A stretch of 63,718 nucleotides of DNA, filler included, from Craspedostauros australis (lineage: Eukaryota): assembly GCA_030167865.1 (NCBI GenBank). It is 13 parts of 13 records of this genome, joined end to end, with 100 filler letters (N's around TTAATTAATTAA, not from the genome) between each part and the next. Parts side by side here need not be neighbours in the genome. Positions count along the whole stretch, not along the records: positions 9,769 to 24,058 come from JALAGF010002181.1; positions 24,159 to 25,620 come from JALAGF010002182.1; positions 25,721 to 36,999 come from JALAGF010002183.1; positions 37,100 to 55,479 come from JALAGF010002184.1; 9 more parts are not named here. One strand, given 5' to 3'. The stretch's first letter is position 1; every line of letters begins with the position of its first letter. Shown here piece by piece: positions 23,889-37,978 of this stretch. The notes beneath the pieces are model-generated. The model saw nothing but the letters and a program-made list of their open reading frames with translations, ran no database searches and was not told the origin of the DNA. Position numbers and translations under genes: made by a program.

Positions 23889-26183
23889 GTTTGATCATTG
23901 TGACACAGAAAAATGTGAGCTGCACGTAACTTGTGGTGGAGAACGCCACGTGCCGAATGCGAACCGGACTATGGTGTCCGTGACCTCAATGCAGGAATGC
24001 CAATCACACGTGTATGTCGCAGGGGGCGGGGATGTTGGAATCGTGACCAACATCACGANNNNNNNNNNNNNNNNNNNNNNNNNNNNNNNNNNNNNNNNNN
24101 NNTTAATTAATTAANNNNNNNNNNNNNNNNNNNNNNNNNNNNNNNNNNNNNNNNNNNNACAACTCTTTCTATGTTCAATGGATTGTATGCAACAGCCAAT
24201 GCAATGCAGGAAAGGAAGTGAAACGCCGCAGGGGGGGATGATCGGCAGGAAGAAGCGATGCCACCAGTTTTCAGTGACCCGACCCGACGATATTGGATGT
24301 GGCAGAACTCAACGAGGAGAAGAGATGTGAACACCAAACTTCGGGGAGGGATGCANCAGATGCAGGACAGATAGCTGGTAAANTTTNGTGTTGGTAGGAT
24401 TGAGTGAANGTTAATCCGGAGCAAAAGAGTGCGGATGTTGNTGGTTTTTTGCAAGTTGGTGCTGTTTCCCTCGTAGCGGCTCCGTAGAGTTGTACCAGGA
24501 TTCGACTACTTCGACCCTGTAGCCCCCTGTAGCCCCTTGTGGCCCCAAATGGGGGCGACACAAAAAGCGGATAGGCAGTAGGGGGGTATTTGTTGTTTCT
24601 GTACTCTATTTTGGTTCAGTCCCGTACAATCGGGAATTAATGATGTCACACATTTCGACAGTTCCCAAGGTGAGGTGTGAGTCAGGTCGGTCATGTTTGA
24701 GTCATGATGGATTCGTGAATGGGGGAGAGAAAGGAGGAGAAAATATTTGGTGGTCAATCAAGTCGGAGGATTTCGCGCCAAAACAAGAATTTCTCCCATC
24801 GGGTTGATACCGTGTCCGGTAGTAGTCTGTCCCTTATTGAATCTCAACTCCGGGTGTCCTTGTACCTCGTCACTGGAACCTCTGTGCTCACTTTTTGCAT
24901 TGATTTCTTTGCTGGCCTTTTCGAGATCGTCGCCACAAATAAGAGGAGGGTGCCAGTTCTCCACTCTTGCAACAGCCCCCTCTCGGTGTTCCTTGTGTCG
25001 CACAACACTCTGCGGGCAACCATTAATGGAGTCTTATGGCGCACTCCGATTTCCGTTGGCTCCCTTTCGCCATCTTCTGACTCGTGGGGCGCGAAGGAAC
25101 TTCTTCGCGGGTTGTCGCATCGATGAGCGCGAGCCTTCGTTGCTTCGGTCCCCTGCTGTCCTGCTGACCATGCATTGACACCACTGGTACTGATAGTACT
25201 TGCGTTAGTGCAGGGCCAGCCTCGCCACTGGAACTGTTGCATCAACGATTGGGGCAAAAGAGGCGCAGGATCACATCCTCGACGAAAACACACACCACAA
25301 CATCCCTGCCTGCTTGCGATACGCGATGCCCTCGCCTGAAACAAAAATCGCTCGGGCAGGTTCGCCAACATCCAATCGGGTGCAGTCGCCACACGTGCAG
25401 CGTGCATTTCATCCTCTCCGCTCGCGTAAGCCCAACTTTCCAACACCATGATCTACACACACCGCGGGTTTTGTCGTGACAAGGACAAACAACAACAGAG
25501 CACCCTGCCGATAAGGATACTCTTCTCGCGCTTCTTCGTGGATGAAGTTTACTCATCGCAACTCACTCCTCATCCTCACAAAAAGCATTCGCTGACAACC
25601 AAAGCAACGAGCAACACACANNNNNNNNNNNNNNNNNNNNNNNNNNNNNNNNNNNNNNNNNNNNTTAATTAATTAANNNNNNNNNNNNNNNNNNNNNNNN
25701 NNNNNNNNNNNNNNNNNNNNTGGATGGGATGAGCGCCCTGTGGTGTCTATTCATGAAGACATGCAGCAGGTACATACCGTACGAATGAATATGAACGAGA
25801 GCACTGAAGAGATTGAGACGATCTGACGAGCAGCAGAGCCACCGCATATCGAGGGGACCAAGCAGATACGGACGTTATTACCGGTTATTTGAGCGTTAGA
25901 CTGGGCACTTGCAGCTGAATCGTACGCAGCAGAGTAGAGACCACATGAGAGGTAAATGGCTCGTGCCTTGAGCTCATAATCCGTTGTTTACTTCCAATTC
26001 CATGCCTTTTCCAGTAGGAGAGTTTGGCTGCAACCGAAGATACCATCTCTCTGTCTCCGCGAGTAGCCCACGTGAGCAGAGAATCTGCCAGGGCAGAAAC
26101 CAATCCAACAACCACAACAACGTTACGATATACAAGGTTGCTCTCCATGCTCGTGGAGCACTGGGTTGCGTGTCGTAAGGAAG

Positions 26184-27731
26184 ATGAAGGCAAGAACAAG
26201 TTCAAAGGATCAACAGGAGAAAGGGAGGAGTCCGCCGTGGTTGCTGCCATGCCTGGCGTTGGTTCTGATCTCGGTTCTGTCATCCGCCATCTTCGTCTCT
26301 TCATCCCACACATTGGACGCATTGGATGATTCGCGACAGCGTGCAGATGAAGGCAGGCAGCAACACCAGAGACGACGGCGACTCTCTCAGGATAAAGATG
26401 GTCAAAACGGCAATGGCAGCAGCAACGGCAATGGCCATGCCAAGTCACTGCTACCACCACCACTAGCAGGAGCGGCAGCACTGTCTCCGTCCTCGTTGAC
26501 GCTCTCGGATGCCGTCCAACAGGCCAAGAACGAGTTTGCGCAGAACACCTTGAAGCTCCATCTCCCAAAGTTCGAGGTCTCGTCCGAGTGGTCCGTCATC
26601 GGCCCATCCTCGTTCCCGCCTCCCAACCGCAAAGCGGCATTGCAGTACGGCGATGATGCCACAGGAAAAGACATCACCACAAACTTGAAGCCGACGTATG
26701 GCACGCACAGGCGCGATCAGGATTCCGTCTTCCTCTTCGCGCTCGAGTACGGCCTGCGCACCTACGTGCTCTTCATCGAATCGCTGCGCGACACGGGCTA
26801 CACGGGGGACATCGTCGTTGCCGTCTCCCAAATGGACTACGACGACGATCGCGTGCGGGAGTACCTGCAGCACGATCCCGGTATCGTCATTTACGTCATG
26901 CAGTACACCTGCTTCAACGCCGAGAAGGAGGCCGTGCACAGTGCGAAGGGCGGCATCCGTGTGTGCCAATGCCACGAGCTGTACGCAAAGACCATGCCCG
27001 ATGGAACGTCGCGGCCGTTGCAAGATACGCGCGCGCCAAGGACGATGCCCACCACACGGTACGAAATCTACTGGATATGGGCCACACACTACGCATCGCA
27101 CAGCTGGATCTTGCTCATCGATGCGAGAGATACCGTCTTTCAAACGAATCCGTTCGCCAACGTGCCGAGGCAAGCCAACAGCAACAGCGGCATGTTGCAC
27201 CTGTTCGGCGAAAATCAAGATGCCGCGAGGATCGGCCAAAGCAAACAGAATCGCAAATGGCTGACGCGCGCGTACGGCGAGACCGTGGCGCAGGCCCTCG
27301 AGATTAAGCCCATCATCTGCAGCGGCAGCACGATGGGCCAACGCATCGCCCTCGACACCTACCTCAGAGCCATGGTCTCGGAATCGGACGAGACGGGCAC
27401 CGGCTTGATGGGCGCCGACCAAGGCTTTCACAATTATCTATACTACAGCAACAAGCTCGCCAACGCCAAAGCCATCGCGTCCATCGAGGTCCACGATCAG
27501 GGATTCGGAGTCGTCAACAACCTCGGTGCCATGCGCAGCAAGCCTCTCGCGGAATGGGGCAGTGGGCAGCTCGTCGTAGAAGCCGACGGAGCATTTGAAG
27601 TTCTCAATTGGGACGGTACACTCAGTCCCGTCGTGCATCAGTTCGATCGGCATCCACCGCTCAACGACTATTTTGCCAAGAAGTTGGCAACGCAGTACGT
27701 TCGCAGGTGGGAGGCTCGCATGAAGAAGTGA
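26184..27731 (+). CDS. Type II membrane glycosyltransferase-like protein (GT-A fold)
   Basis: Short N-tail, a TM helix (WLLPCLALVLISVLSSAIFV) and a stem, followed by LLIDARDTVFQTNPF, ICSGSTMG, GADQGFHNYL and VVHQFDR. Intact ORF. Confidence 0.75.
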   Translation: MKARTSSKDQQEKGRSPPWLLPCLALVLISVLSSAIFVSSSHTLDALDDSRQRADEGRQQHQRRRRLSQDKDGQNGNGSSNGNGHAKSLLPPPLAGAAALSPSSLTLSDAVQQAKNEFAQNTLKLHLPKFEVSSEWSVIGPSSFPPPNRKAALQYGDDATGKDITTNLKPTYGTHRRDQDSVFLFALEYGLRTYVLFIESLRDTGYTGDIVVAVSQMDYDDDRVREYLQHDPGIVIYVMQYTCFNAEKEAVHSAKGGIRVCQCHELYAKTMPDGTSRPLQDTRAPRTMPTTRYEIYWIWATHYASHSWILLIDARDTVFQTNPFANVPRQANSNSGMLHLFGENQDAARIGQSKQNRKWLTRAYGETVAQALEIKPIICSGSTMGQRIALDTYLRAMVSESDETGTGLMGADQGFHNYLYYSNKLANAKAIASIEVHDQGFGVVNNLGAMRSKPLAEWGSGQLVVEADGAFEVLNWDGTLSPVVHQFDRHPPLNDYFAKKLATQYVRRWEARMKK

Positions 27732-28432
27732 CTTTGCTAGAGAAGAGCTGCAGTCGAGACAGCAAGACTACGCGTCGTACTCGAGGGGAAAACCACACAG
27801 ATTCAAAGATTCTATTGCAATGATGCACTTGCAGGGAAAGGCCAAAGACAAGAGAAGGTATCGGGGACTTGCGAAATCTAAAACTAGTTCTCTACCATGT
27901 ATTACAATTGGCGACATACGTGTACGCTTTCATGCGAGTAAGTACGACCTCGTCCGCCAACCAAGCGAGTCTGGCACTGGTTTTGCATTGCCCATCTGCC
28001 TGTTTGTCCGCTTCTGTACTGCTCTCCTCGTTCCATAAAAATTGAGCAATTAGTGCGCAGACTCTGTGCGAGTAGTGCCCCATCATCCATCCAATTACAT
28101 ACAAGTAATACTACAGTCTGTTGAATGGGGACGAAGATCGAGTGGCTGATGCAAGGGCATCTGCTGCCGATGCAAGCGTACTCGTGCCGCGCAACTGAAA
28201 CTGGACGGGAGCGTGCGGCATGTTGCACCTGAAAATGGCATGTGCAACGTCCGACCTGGTCGGTCTTATCGGGCAATTTATCGGCGCTTGTGTTTGTGCA
28301 TCAGTGTGGCCATGTCCGCCAGGTACTCAAGGCCATACCATACCATGCCATACCATCCACCATGCCATCCATCATCATCCGTCCATGGATGGTCACCGTT
28401 GTGATTTCGTTTGCCTTTGCATGTTTTTGTGC

Positions 28433-31337
28433 CTAAGCCATGTACTTGTACAGTCGGTGGTTGTTCTCAGCACGTTCGATGTACTCGCGTTCGATCAAGC
28501 TTTCGATTCGTTTCTTGACGAATGGAGGTGAAGGTGTGAATCGGACGCTGAGCTGTCGCGTGACTTCTGCGATCAAATCATTGTGGGTCAGCGACTTGCG
28601 GGCCTTCATGATGCGCACGATGGCCGCCTCCACCAAATGACGACGATCTTCCTCCACGACCCTTGGCACGGCCCCGTTGGCAGCTGCGGCTGCGGCTGAT
28701 CCTGCGCCACCTGCAGAACCGTTGGCGCCATCGGAGGATCGAGATGCTGTGGTGTCTTTTACCAACGGAATTCTCACACGCTTGAGCTTGCTGGTGTAGT
28801 CTTGATTGAAGGTGAAGGTGTCATTGTCGGAAGTGATGCCACGGCCTTTGCTGCCCTTGCGCAGAATGCGGTGCTTTGGTGTGCAGAGAGAGATGAGGTG
28901 CCGCCGGAGTTCCGCATCGGGGATCTGAGTGCTGTTCCGGATTTGCGAAAGCGTCAGGGTCTTGTTGTCGTTGAATAGTAGCAGGATGCACATTTGATAC
29001 GTCGACACGCAGAGCTCGTTGCGTCGGAAGTTTGGTGCGGCACCGAAGACGGCCTTGAGCTCGGCAGCACCTGCAGATGTCTGCCACGACAGCTTCCTGC
29101 CAGTGTGATTGTTGAGGTAGTATTCCGAAAACTTGGCGATGGCGTCCTGGATGGATTGTGGCAACGTGCAAGAGGGAACATTCTGCGATGGCCAGTATCC
29201 GTTGGTGAGCACGTCGACCTCGATGTCAACCACCTTGCGGGAGCCCTTGGTTGACGAACCCGCAGCACCTCGCAATTGGTCGGGGCGCTTGTGTGCTTTG
29301 TACTTCTCCCGCATATCCCGTGAGATTCTCATGTCGTTGAACATGCCCTCGAGCTTGCTCGTGAATTGATACCCGCACTCCGCCTTCAGCTGGCTGACCA
29401 TGGCACGTTCCGCGTCGTCGCTGACGGACTTGCCGCTGAGCAATCGCTTCGCGAGGTGCTGCTTGTAGAAGCTCTCGAAGACGTCCTTGTCGGAGAGGTA
29501 GCGGAACACGACGATTGCCTTTTGCACTGCCTGCAGCATCTGCTCCTCCGTCGCTCCTCTCAGCCCAATGCGTAGCAACTCGTCGACGTAGACCGCGAGG
29601 CAGGATGCGGCTCTGGCATCCCGGTTGAGGAAGTCCTCGAAGGATTCTCGCATCCGCTTGAGCGACTTGGTCTCACCGCGGAAGGACACATCGACGACGC
29701 GTTCGTATCGTTCGCGCATGGAGAGGACGCCCCGGACAAACGAGGGCGGATCTGCGATTCCCTTCTCCTGGTCTGAAATGAGCTTGCTGCCATCAAGCTT
29801 GATGCGCTCCGCCAGGGCCTCCCGCAGGTGGTCCACGGACGATGGCACGCGAACGAAGAGATTGTACATCGCCTGCATCTCGTCGAGCTTGGCGTCGTCC
29901 TTGAGCATCGCCGCGAAGCCGGAGTTTTCCATGTTGACCAGCGTGGTGGCGTGGCGTTCGATGAGCTCCGTCTCGATGATGCGCTGCAGCGGTGCCTCGG
30001 TCGTTGCTGGTGCTGCCATTGCCATGATTCGGTCCTTTTCCTCCTCCAGCCTTTTGGTCGCCTTGACCACGTAATCGGTCGCGGCATTCTTGCTGAGGAA
30101 GTCCATGCTCTCCAAACGGTAAAATTCCTGCGTTGTCCCCAAAAAGATGGCCTCGAAGTGGTTTTCGTAGATGTTTGACGAATCCGCCCTCCCGAGCTCA
30201 ATGAGCATGGCGAGGTTGGACTTGAGCAGCGTTCTGTCGTCCACTCTCAGACCAGCACGCTCGGACGCGATGGCCGACATGAGAAGCTCCGTCACGCGGG
30301 CCTGTACGCGAGGATGCTCCCAAACGTTGATGCGGAAGAGGTGGTGTCCCAATTCTTGGATCGTCGGTCGTTTCTGCTTGTCCACGTACGTCCGATCCAG
30401 GTACATGAGGATGTCACGGACCATGGTCAACGTTAACTGCAATGGCGGAAGATCAAGGGAGTAAATGACATGGACGTGGGTGTGGACGTGGGCATTGCAA
30501 GGGAGGGCGAAGGACGGTTGCAACATTGAGAGATGAACATGGGAGATATGAGACAGAGTGTGCGATTTCTTTGCGTGTGTTGTGGCGCTGCAAGGTTGAT
30601 TGCAGTGCAGTGCAGCACGATGGGCCATGTGTCTTCGCTCCATTGGATGCACAGCTTTGGCTGAAGAGAGAAACCGCGTCACCAAGTATCAAAAGGCAAG
30701 GCATGGGATGTCGACTCGTCCACAGCAACATGCCCAAGGTGCGCACTTGTGCAGCATCCGTATGGTACTCACCTTGTGTTCGGACCACGTCCTGGTCATC
30801 TCCTCCAGCAAGGAAGTGTCGTGCACATCCGCCAGCCTGTCGACTGTCCTGATCATGTGCGCCGTGAGCTTGTCGGAGACGCCTTCGTACAGCAGGGTCC
30901 CATGCTTGTGCAGCACGAGGTTGTACGAGCTGCGGTACAGCTCCTCGAAGGACAGCTGCGATGTGTTGTGATTGTACACCTCGTCAATCGCTCTGGCGAT
31001 CTTGCCCCAGGTTTCGATGGCGACCGTTTTGTCCATGGGTCTGTGCTTCGGGCCGACCGCCTGTTGGTGATGTCAGAGAGAGCGTCGTCGTGTTGCATAA
31101 CATTGCATAACATTGCGTTGTGTGTGTGCGTTGCGTTGGAGAGAGGACAGTGTGAGGATGGGATGGGATGGGAAGCGTTGGCGATCAAAGAGAAAGCAGT
31201 AAGAGAAGGCGGCATGTTTCTGCCAGAGTCTGTTTCGAGAAGGCTGACCGCGATCAGAGCGCAATGCGTCCCCGCTCCCAAGTCATGAGCCACCGTATCC
31301 GTACCTTCATTCGAAACTGCTTCTTGGAATCCGACAT
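28433..31337 (-). CDS. CUL3: Cullin-3; exons 31337-31305, 31060-30773, 30436-28433
   Basis: LSFEELYRSSYNLVLHKHG, RDILMYLDRTYV, DKDVFESFYKQHLAKRLL, LKAECGYQFTSKLEGMFND, GRKLSWQ and the neddylation region EAAIVRIMKARK...KKRIESLIEREY. Both introns are phase-0 GT..AG. Confidence 0.95.
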
Positions 31338-31795
31338 GGTTGACGCTGATGTTGATCCCCTTTGACTCTTTGTTACTCTCTTCCCTGGACTTTCAGAGAT
31401 GCACGAGCTATGGTATTGTATGATACCATGCGACGGATTGTGATGGATGTTGTCAAACGGTATGATGTTTGTCTTGTACGCAAACAGCAACAGTGTTGAC
31501 AGCGGCGAATCGACCCACGACACAACACAGCAAAACACAAGTTTTCGGAAGGAACAAGATCGCTGCGCCGTGTTCGTGTCCGAAAATACAATAGGACATC
31601 ACTGTTCGTCATTGATATCAACCAACACTGTCCGTCTTCATACATCTAGCTAACAACTTTCTAGAGACACACAGAGAGAGACTGCGGAGACTCGTGCATA
31701 TTGTAATAGTCGTACAAGTTCTCCATACATATTAATATTAGCAGAGCATTGTTTGGTACTCACTCTATTGTAGAATAAAACATAAATACATCCTC

Positions 31796-33568
31796 TCAAT
31801 TCATTGGAATGGACATGGCGAGGGAGAGGACGATGAGGCCTGCGGTATACAACGGAATACCCATTCCGTAGACAGTGGGTTGCTCGTTCACAGTCTGGCT
31901 TGTCACCCACGCATCGCCCTTCTTGCGTTCCTCCATGCCAAGCTTGCGTCCCAGCGCGATCATGGCGACTGCCATGATGGAAAGAACTATCGCTGTTCCG
32001 CCGTCCAGGCCAATGACGACGGCCAGGATGGCGAGTCCGAGATACCATCCATTCAGCAAGGTTTCGTAGGTGGTTGCCTCGGCGTTGTAGAAACTCAGTT
32101 GCACGAAGCGGGCATCGAGGATGGAGACAGCGACACATCCCAACAACGATGCCAGCTGCTGCAGCCGGTACCCATTATCGAACGGCAACATTGCAGACAG
32201 ACCAAAGAGCGTCCAACCGAGAATGTAGAAGAGTGGTCCTTCGATGGCCGCTCCCAAAGCTTCGCCAGGAACACCGCGGTTGATCAGAGCGCTGAATGTG
32301 CTTCCATCCAATCCAAATCCTTCGACCTTGGAACCCTGATCGAATGCGTAGTCTCGAGCCAACGTGGCTGGGATGATGAAACACACAACGGCGACAACAG
32401 CGATCAGGGAGCGTTCGTTCACGTAGATGGGGAGAATGGCCTCGCTGTAGTTTGATGCTGCCACCGTATTCGACCCCAACCACAGAAAGTAGAGACCGAT
32501 GACGAGCCCTGGAGCCCCGTATGATTGCACCACGTAATCTGGATTCGCCTTTCCCTCCCTATCCCACGTTCTGCCCATCTTGCGGTTCCTCCATAACAGA
32601 TAACATGAGATTATGATGAAGAATGCTGTCATTTTGCAATTTGTAGTGTTGTGTGAAGATGAAGACCGGTGGTATCAAGTGTGTTGCATGCGAATGCACA
32701 CAGAAGAGAGGGGAATATTGAGTAATTGCTTTGGAAGTAGTGCAGCGCGTTGAGCATACGAGTACTCGCACACACGGGTGTTATGAAATGACGTCGAGTA
32801 GATCAACTATTATACAATACACGGTACTCTGAAGAGCCATGTGCAGAGGAACAAGCGAAACTGGCATACTCGTAGGGGTAGCTGTGTCCATCCTTGCCAT
32901 CACTTCCATTGCAATCGTGGCACAAGCAAATACCCTGCAACATCATCGCCGTTGTCAATAACAGCTTGTGTATCATACATACCTCCAAGTATCGGAATGA
33001 TCGGCGATGTGTCTGTGAGTGGATTGAATATCTGCAAAATCGCAAACAGCACCACGGATGCCATGAGGTAAGACTCAATCTTCTCCTTGGCCTGCAGGTT
33101 GCGTGTGACCGTGACGAACTGATACTGCTTCGTCAAGATAAAGGTCGCCGTCAGCATGGCGGCGACCGAGAAGGTCTCCACAAACGATGGCGAGTTCTGT
33201 CGGGCGGTGCCGTCGGGCGATAGGAAAGAGGAGATGGCCCACAGCATGAACCCTCCGACTATCATTGGCGGCACAGCTTGATCGTCCATCGTAAAGGTGG
33301 TCGTCGCCGCAGGTGCAGGCGTCGGTGCTGCTTGCTGCGGCACAGCTTGATCACCATCGCTGGGCTTGGTAGAGGCGTCATTCGCAGCCGCGTAGTTCAT
33401 CTCCACATCGCCAGTAGCGCTGGCAGTCGCTTCGACGTTCTGCGCATGATCATCCCACTTCTTCTCCATCCTCCAGAAACCCGCGAAGATGGCGATAATG
33501 CCGATGAGGGACATCACCGAACGCGGGCCCCAGATGATGGCGAATTCCGGAGCGACGAGGAGCGTCAT
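31796..33568 (-). CDS. Multi-pass membrane protein of unknown function; exons 33568-32983, 32625-31796
   Basis: Many hydrophobic helices. A phase-1 GT..AG intron at 32626-32982 joins ...PIIPILG to AFFIIISC... An internal repeat is visible (RKMGRTW..SYGAPGL vs RKKGDAW..VYGMGIPL). Confidence 0.8.
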
Positions 33569-34260
33569 TGTGCGCGTCGATCTGGTCTCGCTTTTGTCTT
33601 GGTTTGCTTTGCTTTGCCTTGCTTTGTGATGGGAATGTGCGTGATGCTGTTTCTGAGATCTGTCTCTCTCTCTGTTTTCAGGTTTTGCTTGGATGTATTT
33701 TATGTACTATTAATATCTGTGGTATGGAGGTCCATGTGTCCAGCATGAGGATGTGGAGAGTTGCGGAGAGTCGTCGAGGGTTGTGTCAACCCAACAACAT
33801 CCTCCGTATCCAACGGAAGACAAGGACACTTCATGTTTCGGCGCGAAAACATGTGACGCGTTGTTCCTTCGTTGTTCAGTCGTTCGGTGCGCAAGTCCAG
33901 CGATCGAAAACCAATGGACGTTACTTTGGCGTTAATAAGTAAAAGTGCAATTTGCGTGATGCAAGTGAGGTCTTGGCTAAAACTTGGCGAAGGAAGAGCG
34001 GCATAATTCGTGTTGATTATCTGGAACAGAGCTATTGTCAAGGGCGATGATCTTTGGCTTTCTTGCGGATCCTCCCTGTGACCTTGTTGGCTGCTCTCCG
34101 CATCTTCCATCGTGCTGGCAGACTGTTGGCGTTGAGACACTGATCGCGGTGAGGGATGGATGCATCTCTATTCGTTGTGCTTGCATCTCACGAACATTGC
34201 AACAGCAATCATCGCTAACGTCTTGGCTCCAAAAGGAAGACTGCAGGACAAGACAAGACG

Positions 34261-36999
34261 ATGTTCCCCATTAACGCACGGCACAACCTGCGGAGGAGCA
34301 GCGGTCAGATCAACACGGCCGGCATCGCTCCCCATGATCGTGATGAAAGCAACAATGGCGATGTCGATGCCATCAACGTTGCCGGCACTCACAGAGGCGC
34401 ACATGGAGGCGGAAGTGGACGAGTGCCCGTTCCGACAGCAGTGCAGATCTTCAACGTCGTTGTCGAACTGGCTGGACAAGCAGAACCGATGGACCTGGCA
34501 GGATCCATTGAAACGACGGAGAAGATGCCATCGATACCACCGCCCAAAAGCAACAGCAGGAACATAAGCAGCACGAAGCAATGGAGGCAGTACCGTCCTG
34601 CGCACAGCACCGATCTGTTGCGTCCTTTGCGCTTGGACATCGTCACAGTCTCCCAGGGTCATGATGGTCATGATGGTCATGATGCCAACGACGAGAACGA
34701 CGATGCAATTCGTCATTCCGCGGCAGCGACATCGACTCATTCTCGCGACACAACATGCAGATACAGCTCCTGCTGTGCCAGCCCGTCGATCAATCCGGCA
34801 TGGGAACACATCAACGAGAGGATGGATCTGCCCGACGACTGGTGGGCTGGCGAGGCAGGCGAAGATCTGTACAAGTCCATGAGGCTCAGGGTGAAGGTCA
34901 TGGCGAATCTGAAGAGTCGGCTGGATCAGGAAGATCAAATCTCATGTGCAAAGAGAAACTCAGACGCAAGTGCAGATGTAGACACAGATGCACGAGAGAA
35001 GGGGCAACTACCAATATTTGATCTTCTGGATATACCCATCCACCCATCCTTCTTGAAGACACTGGATGAGATGCCCGAATCGTTCCCACCAAATGCCTGC
35101 ATCATCCATTTCACAGATAGGTCGATGAGATGCGTTCCCAGCCTGTACCATCTATTGGTGGATGAAAGTGTGACAGGTGGTGATAATTCATCATCGGGAG
35201 ATGGTGCGGCGACAGATGACGTGTTGAGATTCGAGGATGATGCATTCCGCACGCTGGATGATGTTGTTAAGGATGAAAAGGCACCGGGTGAAGATGTGGA
35301 TGTGGATGCAGGTTTACATGCAGAAGCTCAGTCGGGAGCAACTGATCCAAACAGGGAGGAAGACACGACTGCTCTCTCAACTGCAGGCGATGGAACCAAC
35401 ACCGCTGGCAATGGAGGAGGTGACAACCGCAAGCACGAGCACGAGCATGGCAAGGATCAAGAGGAGATTGATCATCATCGTCAGCAACGTCATCATCGTC
35501 AGCAACAACAGAATGCCACAACATCTCGTTCGCAACCGCAGACACATGATGGATCGTTCACACCACAACCTTCATCCAACCCAACTTCCACTCTCGATCA
35601 ACGGGCTCGCATTCATTCGGCAGACGCGATGTTGGATGCTGCGATTGCAGATGCGAATGAAGACGAAGCCGCTCTCATGGCTGCCATCGCCGAGGAGGAA
35701 GCAGCCATTGCCAAGCACCTCATCAGCATCCAAAGCAAGAAGCAGTCGGTGCAGACTCTGGTGGCCAACATCAGTCGAACAGGCAAGGAATCGACAGTGG
35801 TGAAGAGAGAGGCGGAACAGCACGCAAGGATGTTGGGCAGGGATCGAGTGAGGTGCAGGAGTCTGCGGATGAAGCTTCTATCGGATCTGCAGTCCATCTA
35901 TCCCATTCGATGTGCGGTGGGTGTGTGCAGTCAGTTGAGTATGAACGCAAAGCAAAGGCAGGCTGATGCAGTCGGAACGGAGTCGGGCACATTGATACCA
36001 GGCGGACCGAATCATGCAAGCAGGAGCAGGTCAGCCAGTGGTGATGTTGCCGTTAATGTTGGCGTTGATGTTGATGGTCATCAACACACCAGTTCGGCTG
36101 CAAACGCAGAATCGGTAGATGTGCATCGCATGAACATGAACATGAACACGAGCATGAATACAGATGGGAATGCAAGTGCGGGTGCTGCGTACACCTCGGT
36201 TCCAAAGGCAGCAAACACAGTCTCAGATGCCTCCATGACTCAGAGTGGAAGTGAAAGGATGCCAGTCAGCCCGGTAGCAGCGTCGCGATCTGGAGCATCT
36301 ACCTCCATGTCCACGAAAAGGAACCTTCACAATGATTTCATCGATGGCGGCAATGACACAAGTGCAAACGCAAGTATTGGGAAGACCGTGAATCATGAGG
36401 CGCATGCCCGAGATGGGCAGCTTGCAAGCCATCACCATCACTACAATGATCATGTTCATATCCATACGAGTACCAATGAGAGTGGAGCATACATCATCCC
36501 AACCATTCGCGGACTGAGAACGCCACCGAGATCCAATCATGCCGCCGTCGCCAACTCTGGCCGGGCCGCGTATTCGCATTCGACGGGGGTCATGGACAAT
36601 GCCCAAACGTTGGGCCAAATGCCACCTCCACCATCATCATCAGCAGCAGCAGCAGCTGCAGCTGCAGCAACAAAGAAAGCAGCAATCACAACAAAAACAG
36701 GCACCAAGTCAACAGCAACATCTACCGCAAGCACAGCTGCTGCCAGTACACCGATCTCGGATGAGGAGGCATCCGCTGCCCTTGGTTTCACATGTCACGC
36801 CATCCTCCTCGTCAGCAAGTACCTGTCGGTTCCGCTGCGGCATCGCATCATCCACAACTCGTCGCGCTCCGGCATCATGGTGGACAAAGGCACCATGCTG
36901 CCACTGTTCGTGGCGCGGTCCGTGAACCGTGACGAGCTGGACGAAGCCTTGTCGCTGCTGCACAGCAACGTGGACACGATCGCAAGCAGCCGAGGGATC
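34261..36999 (+). CDS. UVRAG/Vps38/Atg14-family PI3K complex subunit (3' end truncated; 5' exon uncertain)
   Basis: A coiled coil ending LLSDLQSIYPI, then TIRGL, and a C-terminal EEASAALGFTCHAILLVSKYLSVPLRH..NSSRS..LPLF..ALSLLHSNV typical of the family. Long low-complexity inserts. Confidence 0.75.
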
Positions 37000-37978
37000 N
37001 NNNNNNNNNNNNNNNNNNNNNNNNNNNNNNNNNNNNNNNNNNNTTAATTAATTAANNNNNNNNNNNNNNNNNNNNNNNNNNNNNNNNNNNNNNNNNNNNC
37101 TTTGTGACGAGCAGAATGTGGAATCCTGTGGCACATGCTAACGTGTAATTAACGCGTACCAAACCACCGACACCTTCGGGAGCCAGTCCGTGACTGGACA
37201 CCTGACGATAAATACATGAGAACATGATAGAACCTTCTGCCAACAACAACGGGTTTTGTGTGGTTGGATCCACATGACTAGAATGAACACATTGATCGGT
37301 GCATAAAACGTAAAATAAGCTTTACTAAGCACTGAAAAGGTGACATATACATAAAAAGACTACAAGGATTGCGAATATGTGCTTAGTTTAAAAATCCCAG
37401 AAATCCGATTAGACTCTTCATTTCAAACGATTGGTCGACTCACTGATCGGGCTCGTATCCGGTGTCTGCAATTATTGATTCCAGTCCCGCACGTGACCCG
37501 ACTGACCGACGTACGCAAAGTGCGCACCTCGCGCCCACTTTCCTCCTAGCACAGACCAAGACACTAGCAGGAGCCAAGACCGCAACTCCTCAGCTCAGCA
37601 GTGTAATATCTCATAATATTAGCGAACAACATTGATTCACACACTACTCGTCTTATTGACAGCAATGTCCAACTGATTCCTTTCATTTCTTCGATGTTGG
37701 TCGAACGTGCGACCCCTCAGCTCCTCCTCGTGTTGTCACGTAGTTGCCTCAGTTACTATTCTATGAATTTAACCAGCGCCTTATTCATGTCTTCAGTGGC
37801 TGCCCCTGTGCCTTGATCGCTGCCAACAACTAAGTTGTGCTCCTTTATGTAATCGGTATGTTCAATGTTATTCGAATGTATGATAGCATAATATTCTATT
37901 ATGATGGAGGACTTGTATCAGTGTGCTCTATGAATTTAATTTGTGAATTATGAATAACACTATCTGCAACGTGCCATC

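Noticed and set aside
24159..25620. Coding potential in this small contig
   Set aside because: Only short ORFs without recognisable motifs and many ambiguous bases. It may be TE-derived, but I cannot support that.
9769..31337. BTB adaptor and CUL3 as a co-located functional cluster
   Set aside because: They are on different contigs separated by two linkers.
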